From a virus (lineage: Duplodnaviria > Heunggongvirae > Uroviricota > Caudoviricetes): a stretch of 64,000 bases of DNA. Below are positions 30,520 to 39,293 of the stretch, piece after piece; positions within the stretch are counted from its first letter, which is position 1, and each line of letters starts with the position of its first letter. The translations under genes and the position numbers were made by a program. Below the pieces are notes generated by a model that saw only the letters and a list, made by a program, of their open reading frames with translations, was not told the DNA's origin and searched no databases. The stretch lies in the IMG/VR virus record IMGVR_UViG_3300027985_001053, one strand, 5' to 3'.

Positions 30520-30743
30520 CAAAACTAATAAACAAATTAACAGAGTTTACTAATAGTATTCTTTCCCCTAATGGAGACCTTTCAGCAAAACGTTTTTGGG
30601 GTGGGGTCATAATAGCCAATTGTGTTGTTTTATCTTGGATAACTCCGGAGAATAAAGATCTAATATTAGGTATGTTGGCATACGGATCTCTTCTGTTAGG
30701 TGCAGGGATTATTGAAAAGTTCAAAGATAAGAAAAGTGTCTAG
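30516..30743 (+). CDS. Putative holin
   Basis: 75 aa from the ATG overlapping the endolysin stop, two TMs, S.KRF motif, basic C-terminus. Confidence 0.65.
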   Translation: MTKLINKLTEFTNSILSPNGDLSAKRFWGGVIIANCVVLSWITPENKDLILGMLAYGSLLLGAGIIEKFKDKKSV

Positions 30744-31101
30744 TGCGAAAGTTTATTTCATCCTTATTGGTATTATTGTTGCTCTTTCAGTCTGGATATT
30801 CTTTCTCTATAGAAGTCTTGACACCGTTAGAGATTCAGCAGCAGAACGAATTGACAGCATTGAACAACAAAATAATAGAACAAACGAAGCTTATAACGCT
30901 TTATCAAGAAGCATTGACCTCATTGAGAAAAATAATACTAAGCTTAGAGACTTACTCGACAAATCGGAGTCAACTGTCAGGTCTCTCGAGGAGTCTAACG
31001 CAAGAAGAGAAAAACTTGATAGCGTCACTTCAAGCATCACTGCAAGAGAACAGGGCGAGCTTAGACGAGCAGACGAGATACTTAAATCAGTTGGTTTCTG
31101 A
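30736..31101 (+). CDS. i-spanin-like protein (N-terminal TM + coiled coil)
   Basis: Likely GTG start at 30736 in the 30700 frame; TM then heptad-rich segment; directly after holin. Confidence 0.55.
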   Translation: MSSAKVYFILIGIIVALSVWIFFLYRSLDTVRDSAAERIDSIEQQNNRTNEAYNALSRSIDLIEKNNTKLRDLLDKSESTVRSLEESNARREKLDSVTSSITAREQGELRRADEILKSVGF

Positions 31102-31270
31102 CAAAGAATTGTTAGAACAGGAAATAGAGAATACTAAAGCATTAGTTTATAGTCTTAATAACGATATTACTCGTGTAGAGGAAGAATTATCCTTTTCAAA
31201 AATTTTTAATTGGGTTGTCGGTATCCTTAGTCTAGCTCTTGGAGCTTTTTTAGGGTATACTTTTCTCTAG
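30743..31270 (+). CDS. Signal peptide + coiled coil + C-terminal TM protein overlapping the previous ORF (spanin-like partner without lipobox)
   Basis: MRKFISSLLVLLLLFQSGYSFS signal with no Cys, coiled coil, C-terminal WVVGILSLALGAFLGYTFL. Confidence 0.6.
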   Translation: MRKFISSLLVLLLLFQSGYSFSIEVLTPLEIQQQNELTALNNKIIEQTKLITLYQEALTSLRKIILSLETYSTNRSQLSGLSRSLTQEEKNLIASLQASLQENRASLDEQTRYLNQLVSDKELLEQEIENTKALVYSLNNDITRVEEELSFSKIFNWVVGILSLALGAFLGYTFL

Positions 31271-31278
31271 AGGATTAT

Positions 31279-31542
31279 ATGGCAAGATTACAAATAATGG
31301 TTGAACTAAAGAATGGGGATAAGATTACTATGAAAAATGAATCTAATTATCTTACTCGTAAAAAAGCTTTACAAGCAATACCGGATTTAAGATTATTAGT
31401 ATATCGTTTATTTAAAATTACTAAATCAGGGGATACTTTTAAATCCACAGATCCTGATTACGATTCTTTAATATCATATCAAGATAGACAATTTTTTGCT
31501 GAAGATATTAAAGATATTAAGTTTAAAGCTTTAAGGTTTTAG
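31279..31542 (+). CDS. Hypothetical protein
   Basis: GAGGA RBS. Confidence 0.55.
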   Translation: MARLQIMVELKNGDKITMKNESNYLTRKKALQAIPDLRLLVYRLFKITKSGDTFKSTDPDYDSLISYQDRQFFAEDIKDIKFKALRF

Positions 31543-31551
31543 TTTTTAATA

Positions 31552-31593
31552 TTGACTAAGTATTCTCCTTATTCTATTATACAAAATAAGGAG
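31552..31593 (+). promoter_or_regulatory. Sigma70 promoter inside anti-SD hairpin before ligase
   Basis: TTGACT-17-TATTAT; CTCCTTATT (31565-73) pairs with AATAAGGAG (31585-93). Confidence 0.75.
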
Positions 31594-31598
31594 TTAAG

Positions 31599-33428
31599 AT
31601 GACTGAAAAAGAATACATCGAGAAATTAAGTAAAGCTGCTATAGCTTACTACAATACAGATTCACCTATATTAAGTGACCAAGAGTTTGATAAATTAGAG
31701 GAGGAGTTTTCTAAAGCTTTCCCTGAGTCAAAGTACTTATCGCTTATAGGAGCCCCTGTATCTACAAGAAAAATAAAACATAAAAACAAGATGCTATCGT
31801 TATTTAAAGCTAAGACATTTAACGATATGATGAAATGGTATAAGAAAACAAGTGTGTTGTCTAAGTCTAATTATGTAGTATCCTATAAACTAGATGGATT
31901 AAGTGCAAAGCTTACTTATGAAAATGGGGTATTAACTACTCTAAATACACGAGGTAATGGGATATTTGGTCAAGACAGATCATATCTTATACCTTATCTT
32001 GATATTCCTAAAACAATTGAAACTGCTACAGACTATGAAGAAATTACAGGGGAACTTATACTTCCTAAGTCCAATGGAAAGTATACTGAGAAACTTCGTA
32101 ACAGAGCGTCAGGAATCCTCGGGAGCGAAAAGGATTTGACAGATGTACCTTTACTACAGTTTATAGCATTCGACTGTCCTACGAGCGATTTTGGAGAAAT
32201 GGTTGAGGTTTTTGATTACCTTTCTTCTCAAGGGTTTTCTACAGCATTTTATGGGGTAGCTGATAATATGGTTGTTGTTAATACTCTTTACGAAGCGTAT
32301 AGCTCTTCCGGTAGGCAAGATTATGCGTATGAGACGGATGGGCTTGTTATTATGATAAACAACCGAATTGATCACGATACCTTGAATAATACTTGGGTTG
32401 TAGATAAGTATCCCCATACTGCTATTGCTTGGAAACCTGAAGCTGAATCAGAGGAAACAACCTTACTAGATTTGGAATACAATCTTTCCCCTTATGGTAG
32501 GTTAATCCCTAAAGCTATTTTTGAAAAGATTAGTATTAACGGTATTGACATTGAGAAAGCTACTTTAGATAATGCACAAAATGTTTTAGACCAGAACCTT
32601 TTAATTGGGGATACTATAAAAGTTTCAAGGGCTAATGATGTGATTCCTCATGTAGATGAGAACTTGTCTCTTGATTCTACTAGACCAATATATTTACCTA
32701 CAGAATGTCCCTCATGTGGAGAAGTCTTAATTTTCGATGGGTCTCATTTAGTTTGTAAGAATACAAATTCTTGTCCTGGACAACATCTAGGTAAGATTGT
32801 TAACTTTGTAAAACATCTAAACCCTGATGGTATGGGAGATAAAACCGTTATTGCACTATTTGAAGCAGGTATAATTTCATCAATATATGACTTACTGATT
32901 TTAGAAAGATCAGATTTAGTTGGGGCGGATGGGTTCAAAGAAGCAAAAATTGCTGCAACGATAGGAGCAATAGAATCTATGAGAAATATTACTTTCCCAG
33001 AGTTTCTAGATGCTTTGTCAATTCCTTTAGTAGGATTAACAGCTTTGGATAATTTAGGGATTAAAACATATGACGATTTTAAAGCTTTCAATGATAAGCA
33101 GTATGTAATAGGTCAAAACTTAATTACATGGCGAGAAAATAACGTAGACTTGGTGGAAAGTCTTATTCCTTTAATAACGTTTAAAGCACCTTTGACAAAG
33201 CAAAGTAAAGGATCTGTTGTTATGACAGGAACAGGGCCTAAACCACGAAAAGATTTAGAAGCTTTAGCTTTTGAGAAAGGGTATGTGTTAGATAGTGCTG
33301 TTAAAAAAACTACAACGTATCTTATAACTGATGATATTTACAGCGATTCATCGAAATGTGCGAAAGCTAGAAAATATGGAGTTAAGCTTATTACTTATGA
33401 GGAATTCCTATGCACAGAGTTTATTTAG
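31599..33428 (+). CDS. ligA: NAD-dependent DNA ligase
   Basis: KLDG adenylation motif, DGLV, OB-fold V.RA.DVIP, C4 zinc finger, HhH, BRCT. Confidence 0.93.
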   Translation: MTEKEYIEKLSKAAIAYYNTDSPILSDQEFDKLEEEFSKAFPESKYLSLIGAPVSTRKIKHKNKMLSLFKAKTFNDMMKWYKKTSVLSKSNYVVSYKLDGLSAKLTYENGVLTTLNTRGNGIFGQDRSYLIPYLDIPKTIETATDYEEITGELILPKSNGKYTEKLRNRASGILGSEKDLTDVPLLQFIAFDCPTSDFGEMVEVFDYLSSQGFSTAFYGVADNMVVVNTLYEAYSSSGRQDYAYETDGLVIMINNRIDHDTLNNTWVVDKYPHTAIAWKPEAESEETTLLDLEYNLSPYGRLIPKAIFEKISINGIDIEKATLDNAQNVLDQNLLIGDTIKVSRANDVIPHVDENLSLDSTRPIYLPTECPSCGEVLIFDGSHLVCKNTNSCPGQHLGKIVNFVKHLNPDGMGDKTVIALFEAGIISSIYDLLILERSDLVGADGFKEAKIAATIGAIESMRNITFPEFLDALSIPLVGLTALDNLGIKTYDDFKAFNDKQYVIGQNLITWRENNVDLVESLIPLITFKAPLTKQSKGSVVMTGTGPKPRKDLEALAFEKGYVLDSAVKKTTTYLITDDIYSDSSKCAKARKYGVKLITYEEFLCTEFI

Positions 33429-33584
33429 GTTTAGAAATGTTAGACTCTGAATTTGGTCGAGATACTATAGATCGAGATTTAAGAAGACGTCTTCTTAGTG
33501 AAGGTTACAGTATTGAAACAAGTACAGATTACTATTTCAGAGTCGTAAGATTTTATGCAGTTAAACCTCTAGATTAGAAAGCTC

Positions 33585-33615
33585 CCTCCGTGCTATAGTC
33601 TTTATATCACGGAGG
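33585..33615 (+). promoter_or_regulatory. Extended -10 promoter inside anti-SD hairpin
   Basis: TGcTATAGT (33591-99); CCTCCGTG (33585-92) pairs with CACGGAGG (33608-15). Confidence 0.65.
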
Positions 33616-33622
33616 ATTATAC

Positions 33623-34228
33623 ATGAAAGCAATTTTAGTAGTTGGGTTAAAAGGTTCTGGAAAAGATACTTTTGCCCAACCATTTTTAGAAAATGGATAT
33701 AAGCTAGGGAAGTTTGCAAACTTACTTAAAGAAGCAACTAGCTTATTAGCAGGATATCCTAAAGGTTTCTGGGAAACTGATGCGAAAAACTATCCGGATC
33801 GAAATGGGTTATCGCCCAGGGAGTTTATTACTACCATTTCAGAATCTTTAAAAAAGAAGTATGGTAGGGGTATAATAACGAAGCTTACACTCCCTTCTAT
33901 AATATCATCAGCAGGTGATTCTCCCCTCATATTTACAGATGCTAGATTTCCAGTAGATGAAGTAATACCTGTTATAGAACATTTTGGGAGAGAAAATGTA
34001 TTTATATTCAAAATTCATCGTTCAGAAGTTGCAAGAAAAGGTCTAATTCATAATCTTAAAAGATTTTTAGCTAAGAAAGGTTTCTCTTTTAAAGATTCCG
34101 CCTATAGTCCTACGGAAGTATTTATCGATGATATTAAACCGGATGTTGTAATATTTAATGATTTTACACTTGACCATTTGCACGATGTTGCAGAGTCTTA
34201 TATATACCATTTTAAAGAAGATAAATGA
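33623..34228 (+). CDS. Deoxynucleoside monophosphate kinase
   Basis: GLKGSGKDT P-loop, FA..LK, SPRE, IFTDARF. Confidence 0.8.
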   Translation: MKAILVVGLKGSGKDTFAQPFLENGYKLGKFANLLKEATSLLAGYPKGFWETDAKNYPDRNGLSPREFITTISESLKKKYGRGIITKLTLPSIISSAGDSPLIFTDARFPVDEVIPVIEHFGRENVFIFKIHRSEVARKGLIHNLKRFLAKKGFSFKDSAYSPTEVFIDDIKPDVVIFNDFTLDHLHDVAESYIYHFKEDK

Positions 34229-34434
34229 CTAAATTAAGTTGTATCCCAAGAGGAAACTCTCCTGAGGTTATGGATATTTTATCTTCTGAGGAATCTATTG
34301 AACAAAAAGCAAAGATGATACTAGATTTTAATCATCAACAAGATTGGATAATAAGTAGTCATCATCCTGCTTATAGGTTATCTAAGCAAGTATCATATAG
34401 TGATTTACTTAAGTTACTGAAGGATATGTCATGA
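34225..34434 (+). CDS. Hypothetical protein
   Basis: Overlapping start/stop coupling. Confidence 0.5.
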   Translation: MTKLSCIPRGNSPEVMDILSSEESIEQKAKMILDFNHQQDWIISSHHPAYRLSKQVSYSDLLKLLKDMS

Positions 34435-34967
34435 TTAATGTTTTAGATATTTATTTTTTATTCGCAGGAATCATTCTTTTAAGCAATTCCATTTCTCATC
34501 GAAAAGGTAGGGTTATTATAGAATCTTTTTTATGGCCTGTTTATATATTTGGCCTAGTTGCTTTGATAGGGTTGATGGTTGATGTATTTTTTATTTTATT
34601 ATTAGTTAATAAAAAATACAAAAGATACTCGATCATTTCGGTAGATTTTGATAATACTTTATTTAGTAATTGCTATAAGAACTTGAATACAACTCCTACG
34701 ATTTTGAACTTAATTATTTTAGATTTGATGAAGTTTTTAAAAAAACGGGGGCATCAGATTGTATTAAATACTCTCCGAACAGGCGATAAATTGACAGAGG
34801 CTGTTACTTGGTCTAATCAGAGAGGTCTTTATTTTACAGAAGTAAATAATAATGTAGCGTATGCTCGTAATCTTTGGGAGATAGACTCTAGGAAAATTGC
34901 TGCAGATGTTTATATAGACGATCGAGGTACTGGTTTGTTAAATTTATTATTGAGGATGGGTTTTTGA
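34431..34967 (+). CDS. TM-anchored HAD-family hydrolase
   Basis: Two N-terminal TMs, then VDFDNTL, LNT.R, K..ADVYIDDR. Confidence 0.7.
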   Translation: MINVLDIYFLFAGIILLSNSISHRKGRVIIESFLWPVYIFGLVALIGLMVDVFFILLLVNKKYKRYSIISVDFDNTLFSNCYKNLNTTPTILNLIILDLMKFLKKRGHQIVLNTLRTGDKLTEAVTWSNQRGLYFTEVNNNVAYARNLWEIDSRKIAADVYIDDRGTGLLNLLLRMGF

Positions 34968-35533
34968 ATACAATACGACGCCTTAAGAAAAGCTCGGTAG
35001 CTGAAAAAATGGATTTCTACCAAACACATTATACTATGGTTTTAGCATTAAAGCACTTCATGTTAAACATCCTAGGAATCTCCGAGCATAGTAGCTGTTT
35101 GGACCCATGTGCAGGAAAAGGAGCTATCTGGAAAAACTTAATAGATACTTTCTATAATATATCCTACTTCGATAGATTTCTAATGAGACGATGTAGGAGC
35201 TTTTATCTTCATAGTAAAGCGTATGACTGTATTATTATGAACCCTCCCTATAAAAAGCAAAAATATAAGTTTATCAAAAAAGCTAGAAAGCAAGCTACTT
35301 GGGTTTTCGCACTACTGCCTTACAACGTTGCTAACTACAATGATTTCCATAGAGAGTACATGGATATCCCTGAGTTTGTAGGGAAGCTTGTTATGACCCC
35401 GAAAATGTTTTTAACAGAAGATGGTTCTTTTTTACCAGGAGGTACTAATAGTTATGTTTGGTTTATTTGGAAACAAGGTCATTCTACTATTGGTAGTCAA
35501 GAATGGTACGATGATTTAAGGAAATACTTATGA
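34964..35533 (+). CDS. Small amino (N6A/N4C) DNA methyltransferase
   Basis: DPCAGKG SAM-binding motif and NPPY catalytic motif. Confidence 0.8.
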   Translation: MNTIRRLKKSSVAEKMDFYQTHYTMVLALKHFMLNILGISEHSSCLDPCAGKGAIWKNLIDTFYNISYFDRFLMRRCRSFYLHSKAYDCIIMNPPYKKQKYKFIKKARKQATWVFALLPYNVANYNDFHREYMDIPEFVGKLVMTPKMFLTEDGSFLPGGTNSYVWFIWKQGHSTIGSQEWYDDLRKYL

Positions 35534-35651
35534 AATATTTTAAGTTTAATCGTAGGATCATAAATCCTTTTTGTAAAGTAATATTTTACCCTCTGTTAAA
35601 ATTAAGAGACTTTATATATTCTCTAGTAGAATACTTTTTAGGAGAAGATTA

Positions 35652-36047
35652 ATGAAACCAGTTATAGTCGTGCTTAGAAAAGCTACTCTAGCAAAAGCTA
35701 GAAGTTTTGGATTTGAGGATAGAGCTTCTTTAGATAAAACTTTTCTTATTATAGACTTTGATAGAAAGATTTTAGAATCTACTGATTCTAAGAAAGATTG
35801 GTCATCAGGAGATTATACTCAAATGAATGATGATGCTTTTTTTGCAATACCTATTTTAGCAAATGAAGGAGATTATGTTGTTGAGGTCAATGGTAAGGAT
35901 TTAACTTTCTTTACAGTAAAAGATGTAGGGGAGACACACTACACATCAACTACTGGCTTAGACTATAATAAAGACCATTGTATGAGAATAGACCCTTCAT
36001 CAGCGGATATTTTACTATCTAGTTGGAAGACTTTAGGAATAATGTGA
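35652..36047 (+). CDS. Hypothetical protein
   Basis: AGGAG RBS. Confidence 0.6.
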   Translation: MKPVIVVLRKATLAKARSFGFEDRASLDKTFLIIDFDRKILESTDSKKDWSSGDYTQMNDDAFFAIPILANEGDYVVEVNGKDLTFFTVKDVGETHYTSTTGLDYNKDHCMRIDPSSADILLSSWKTLGIM

Positions 36048-36048
36048 T

Positions 36049-36495
36049 ATGATGCAGAGATTATGTAAATTTGATGATTTTAAAATAGTTTTAGACTTTT
36101 GGAAGGACTTGAGGGAGACCTCTTGTTGTTTAGGAGCTGATATTAGTAAATCCTCTACGGAAGAAGAGGTCCTTATGTATCTATCGGATGTACATACCTG
36201 CACATATATTATAGAGGAAGCCAATAACCCTATAGGGGTATACTCTTATTATCAAACAGAGGAAGAAAGTACTCTAGCTTTTATCTTTATTAAAGAAGCT
36301 TATAGGAATAGAGGGATCGGCACTGGTATTCTAAAAGCATGGAATACTATGAACCATGTTACTGGTAAGGCCAGTTGTGTTTTATCGGTACTTTCGTCTA
36401 ATCTAAAGGCTATAAATCTCTACCACAGGCTTTATATTCCTATTCTTGCTATAGTCGATAACAACTATAAAGAAGTAGCCTCTGATTTTGACTAA
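36049..36495 (+). CDS. GNAT acetyltransferase
   Basis: YRNRGIGT motif A, N..AI.LY. Confidence 0.75.
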   Translation: MMQRLCKFDDFKIVLDFWKDLRETSCCLGADISKSSTEEEVLMYLSDVHTCTYIIEEANNPIGVYSYYQTEEESTLAFIFIKEAYRNRGIGTGILKAWNTMNHVTGKASCVLSVLSSNLKAINLYHRLYIPILAIVDNNYKEVASDFD

Positions 36496-36509
36496 ATTTA
36501 TCTTTTTTA

Positions 36510-36554
36510 TTGACTAACTTTCTGGTAGTTGATAGACTCTCTTTAAATAGGAGA
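36510..36554 (+). promoter_or_regulatory. Sigma70 promoter with weak anti-SD hairpin
   Basis: TTGACT-17-TAGACT; TCTCTT pairs with AGGAGA; the ORF-track TTG start is the -35 box. Confidence 0.55.
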
Positions 36555-36560
36555 TTTAAG

Positions 36561-36893
36561 ATGACTTATACACAAATACGTAATCAGGCAAGAGGTACTC
36601 ATGTACTCATGAAAACTCTCTCACCTGTAGATTTAGATTCGTTTGAGCAAGGACTACTAGAACACTTCGAGATAGAAACTCGTGTTTCTAACAATTTTAA
36701 AGTTTTGTACACTGCTGATAGCTCTTCAGATGAACTTATTTTTGAAGTTCCGGAGAAAACAACTCATGCGATAGCTACTTGTTTAGGTTTATATGTATTA
36801 TTTTTTAATTTTAATGATATTCTCCCTAATGCTGAAGAACTAAATAACGCAAAAATCTATGCTGACATTTTTTTAAAGGAGATTTCATTATGA
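36561..36893 (+). CDS. Hypothetical protein
   Basis: ATG at 36561 with AGGAG RBS. Confidence 0.55.
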   Translation: MTYTQIRNQARGTHVLMKTLSPVDLDSFEQGLLEHFEIETRVSNNFKVLYTADSSSDELIFEVPEKTTHAIATCLGLYVLFFNFNDILPNAEELNNAKIYADIFLKEISL

Positions 36894-37120
36894 CCGAAAA
36901 AGTATTGTATGCAGATATTGATGGGTTTAATCAAGATGGGGCTATTCTCCTTATTGGAGGTATGGAGGTAATTTTAACTAAAACTTCTGAAAAAACTTTG
37001 GATCTTAAAATAACTTCGCAAGAAGGTGGTCAACAGGTAGTGATAGTCCCTTCTGACGATAAAAAAGGTTTAAAAGTATCTTTAAATAAATCTCGTCCAA
37101 AGTTTGAGGTGATAAAATGA
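36890..37120 (+). CDS. Hypothetical protein
   Basis: AAGGAG RBS, ATGA coupling. Confidence 0.55.
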   Translation: MTEKVLYADIDGFNQDGAILLIGGMEVILTKTSEKTLDLKITSQEGGQQVVIVPSDDKKGLKVSLNKSRPKFEVIK

Positions 37121-37563
37121 AGTTAGTTATGCTCATTATTAATGATTTTAGCACTAAAATTTTACCTGCTTTATTAAAAATACTTTTAACCACGATTTTA
37201 CTTATTTCTTTAAGTAGTCCCTCTATTTGGGTACTTGATGAAGTTTATTCGGGAATACCTGTTCTAAATATCTTTAATTTTGATGGAGAGGTTTCTTTTA
37301 TAGATAGGCTCCTTGAGAGTACTCCTGAGCAGGAAAGGACGTATACTAAGTTAGCACTTAAGTGGTTTGAAGTTTCTTTAAGTTCTCCAATTGCTTATAT
37401 AGCCTGTGCTTTTTTAGGATTACTGGCTATAGTTTTCGTGCTATCTCCAGGGCTAATTGTTTTAGCAGTTATTCTCTTATTGTTTTTTACTGTCATATCT
37501 TTTATAGGTTATATAGAAAGTTTAAAGTATAGGTTACAGAATCATAATGACGTTTCAAGGTGA
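37117..37563 (+). CDS. Membrane protein
   Basis: Multiple hydrophobic segments. Confidence 0.55.
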   Translation: MKLVMLIINDFSTKILPALLKILLTTILLISLSSPSIWVLDEVYSGIPVLNIFNFDGEVSFIDRLLESTPEQERTYTKLALKWFEVSLSSPIAYIACAFLGLLAIVFVLSPGLIVLAVILLLFFTVISFIGYIESLKYRLQNHNDVSR

Positions 37564-37647
37564 TACTGTTTATAGTCTGGTAATATTTGTTCAAAATTAG
37601 ACTATTGACGAGTATAGTAGATCTTTATATACAAAGGAGATTTTAAT

Positions 37648-38098
37648 AGGGATGTTGGTAGTAACAATTCTTATCCTTCAGGAGCGTTAAGTAACTTTTC
37701 AGGGCATAGGTTTGTGTTAGATGGCGTAGAGTGTTATTCTATGGAAGGTTTCTTACAAGGGTTGAAGTTTAAAAATCCAGAAATGCAGGTAGAGGTTAGT
37801 AGGGTTTGCTGCTAAGAGGAAAGGTTCAAAAAAGGGCTGGAAGTCTTCTCAGATTTTATATTGGAAAGGTTCCCCTATGGGAAGATCTTCAAAAATTTAC
37901 CAAGATCTTTTAGATAGAGCTTATGAAGCTATGTATATAGACTCAGAGTCTTTTAGAAACGCACTAAAAGCTAGTGGGTCCTCGACTTTAACTCATTCTA
38001 TTGGTAAGAGAAAACCTAATGAAACAGTTCTTACTATTAATGCGTTCTGCTCTCGGCTTATGAAACTAAGAGATAGTAACGGTAAACTTTGTAAATAA
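37648..38098 (+). pseudogene. Frameshifted NADAR-family (T4 gp30.3-like) gene
   Basis: Frame 1 DVGS..YPSGALSNF...DGVEC.SMEGFLQGLKF stops at 37815; frame 2 VGFAAK...LYWKG...LLDRAY...LTHSIG...FCSRL continues to 38098; AGG sits where ATG is expected after AAGGAG. Confidence 0.75.
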
Positions 38099-38174
38099 TA
38101 AATTTTAAATTAACGAGGTACTTATTGATACATTAGAGTTTGACTCGAAGTTTTTTAAAATTTCTAAATTATTG

Positions 38175-38223
38175 TTGACATAATTTTATTTTAAGTTTAT
38201 CCTTAATTTATTAAGGAGATAAA
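38175..38223 (+). promoter_or_regulatory. Sigma70 promoter with anti-SD hairpin
   Basis: TTGACA-17-TATCCT; TTTATCCTTAA (38196-206) pairs with TTAAGGAGATAAA (38211-23, 2-nt bulge). Confidence 0.7.
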
Positions 38224-38226
38224 TAG

Positions 38227-38643
38227 ATGAAAAAGTTATTATTAAGTTTAATATTATTACAAGGATTTTTAGGATTTTCTGAGGAAGGTTTGAAGAGTGA
38301 TTGGTTCCCATTGTTACAAATGGGAGTTATCTCCAGGGAAACCTCTACGCCATATCTCTTGGAAATTGATGAGTATATTCTTGAGAATTTTGCAACGATC
38401 TCTTTTGCTAGAGATTTAGATGGTTACGTTTATAGACAAGTTTTCATTACGGAGTTAGATGGGGATTATCCTGTATCTTTTTCGGATGACTCGAATTATG
38501 TTTTCTATAACTTCTCTGGGGATAAGCCAGGGCTTACTGATATGGTTAATATTCAGATTGTTGTAAATCCTTTAAAAGTAAAGTATTGCAGTCATACGCT
38601 TCCATATAATGGTCCTGATGTAGCATACCCCATATTACGTTAG
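38227..38643 (+). CDS. Secreted/periplasmic hypothetical protein
   Basis: MKKLLLSLILLQGFLGFS signal peptide. Confidence 0.65.
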   Translation: MKKLLLSLILLQGFLGFSEEGLKSDWFPLLQMGVISRETSTPYLLEIDEYILENFATISFARDLDGYVYRQVFITELDGDYPVSFSDDSNYVFYNFSGDKPGLTDMVNIQIVVNPLKVKYCSHTLPYNGPDVAYPILR

Positions 38644-38665
38644 TATCATAATTTACTATATTACG

Positions 38666-38688
38666 AGAGGCTATTAAGCCTCTTTTTT
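38666..38688 (+). terminator. Intrinsic terminator
   Basis: AGAGGC-TATTAA-GCCTCT followed by TTTTT. Confidence 0.7.
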
Positions 38689-38728
38689 ATTTAAAATTAC
38701 TGTCCTAAAAATCAGAAGGAATCGAAAT

Positions 38729-39244
38729 ATGATTAAAATAATTGTTGCAGCAGATAGAACAACTTATGGAATAGGCTTTGATGGAAAAATGGCTTGGGAT
38801 GCGAGTCTTTATCCTAATATGTCTTATGACTTGAGATATTTTAAAGAACAAACTGTTGGGGCCGGCAATAATGCAGTTCTTATGGGAAAGAATACCATGA
38901 ATAGTCTATTAGATATTAATATGTATCCTTTGAGAAATAGACTCAATTATTTTATCAGTAGGTCTGAACAGAAGCCTTTTAACAGTCTTGAAAATGCGGT
39001 TAATCTTATCACTAGGAATGTTGAGGATCTTTGGATAATCGGAGGTTCTCAAATATATCATCAAGCAATAGAACAAAGACTGGTAGACCAAGTAATTATA
39101 TCATGGGTAGATCTCCCTTTCTTATCATACGATACTTATTTTCCATCAGTATCTTTTTTACAAGAACATGGGTATCTTGAAACCGTATGTAATAAACAAG
39201 AATATGGAGGAAAGATTATTTTAAGTATTTTTAGTCGAATTTAG
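38729..39244 (+). CDS. folA: Dihydrofolate reductase
   Basis: IVAA....IG..G.MAW, D..YFK..T, VLMG.NT, PL.NR.N, IIGG..IY, D.YFP. Confidence 0.9.
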   Translation: MIKIIVAADRTTYGIGFDGKMAWDASLYPNMSYDLRYFKEQTVGAGNNAVLMGKNTMNSLLDINMYPLRNRLNYFISRSEQKPFNSLENAVNLITRNVEDLWIIGGSQIYHQAIEQRLVDQVIISWVDLPFLSYDTYFPSVSFLQEHGYLETVCNKQEYGGKIILSIFSRI

Positions 39245-39288
39245 TTGACATATTTCTTTTTAATCATTAGTATGACTTAAAAGGAGAT
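39245..39288 (+). promoter_or_regulatory. Sigma70 promoter inside long anti-SD hairpin
   Basis: TTGACA-17-TAGTAT; 39252-67 pairs with 39272-88 (one bulge), covering AAGGAG. Confidence 0.7.
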
Positions 39289-39293
39289 CATAT

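Noticed and set aside
2130-33091. Many short ORFs nested in or antisense to long genes (for example 2130, 8343, 12978, 15352, 16687, 17897, 18929, 21225, 22149, 23187, 27327, 27907, 29159, 30434, 31957, 32154, 32744)
   Set aside because: No RBS or recognisable motifs, and fully explained by the codon structure of well-supported overlapping genes.
991-33428. Inteins or introns in pflB, primase, clamp loader or ligase
   Set aside because: Lengths and motif spacing are normal; no intein-like insertion seen.
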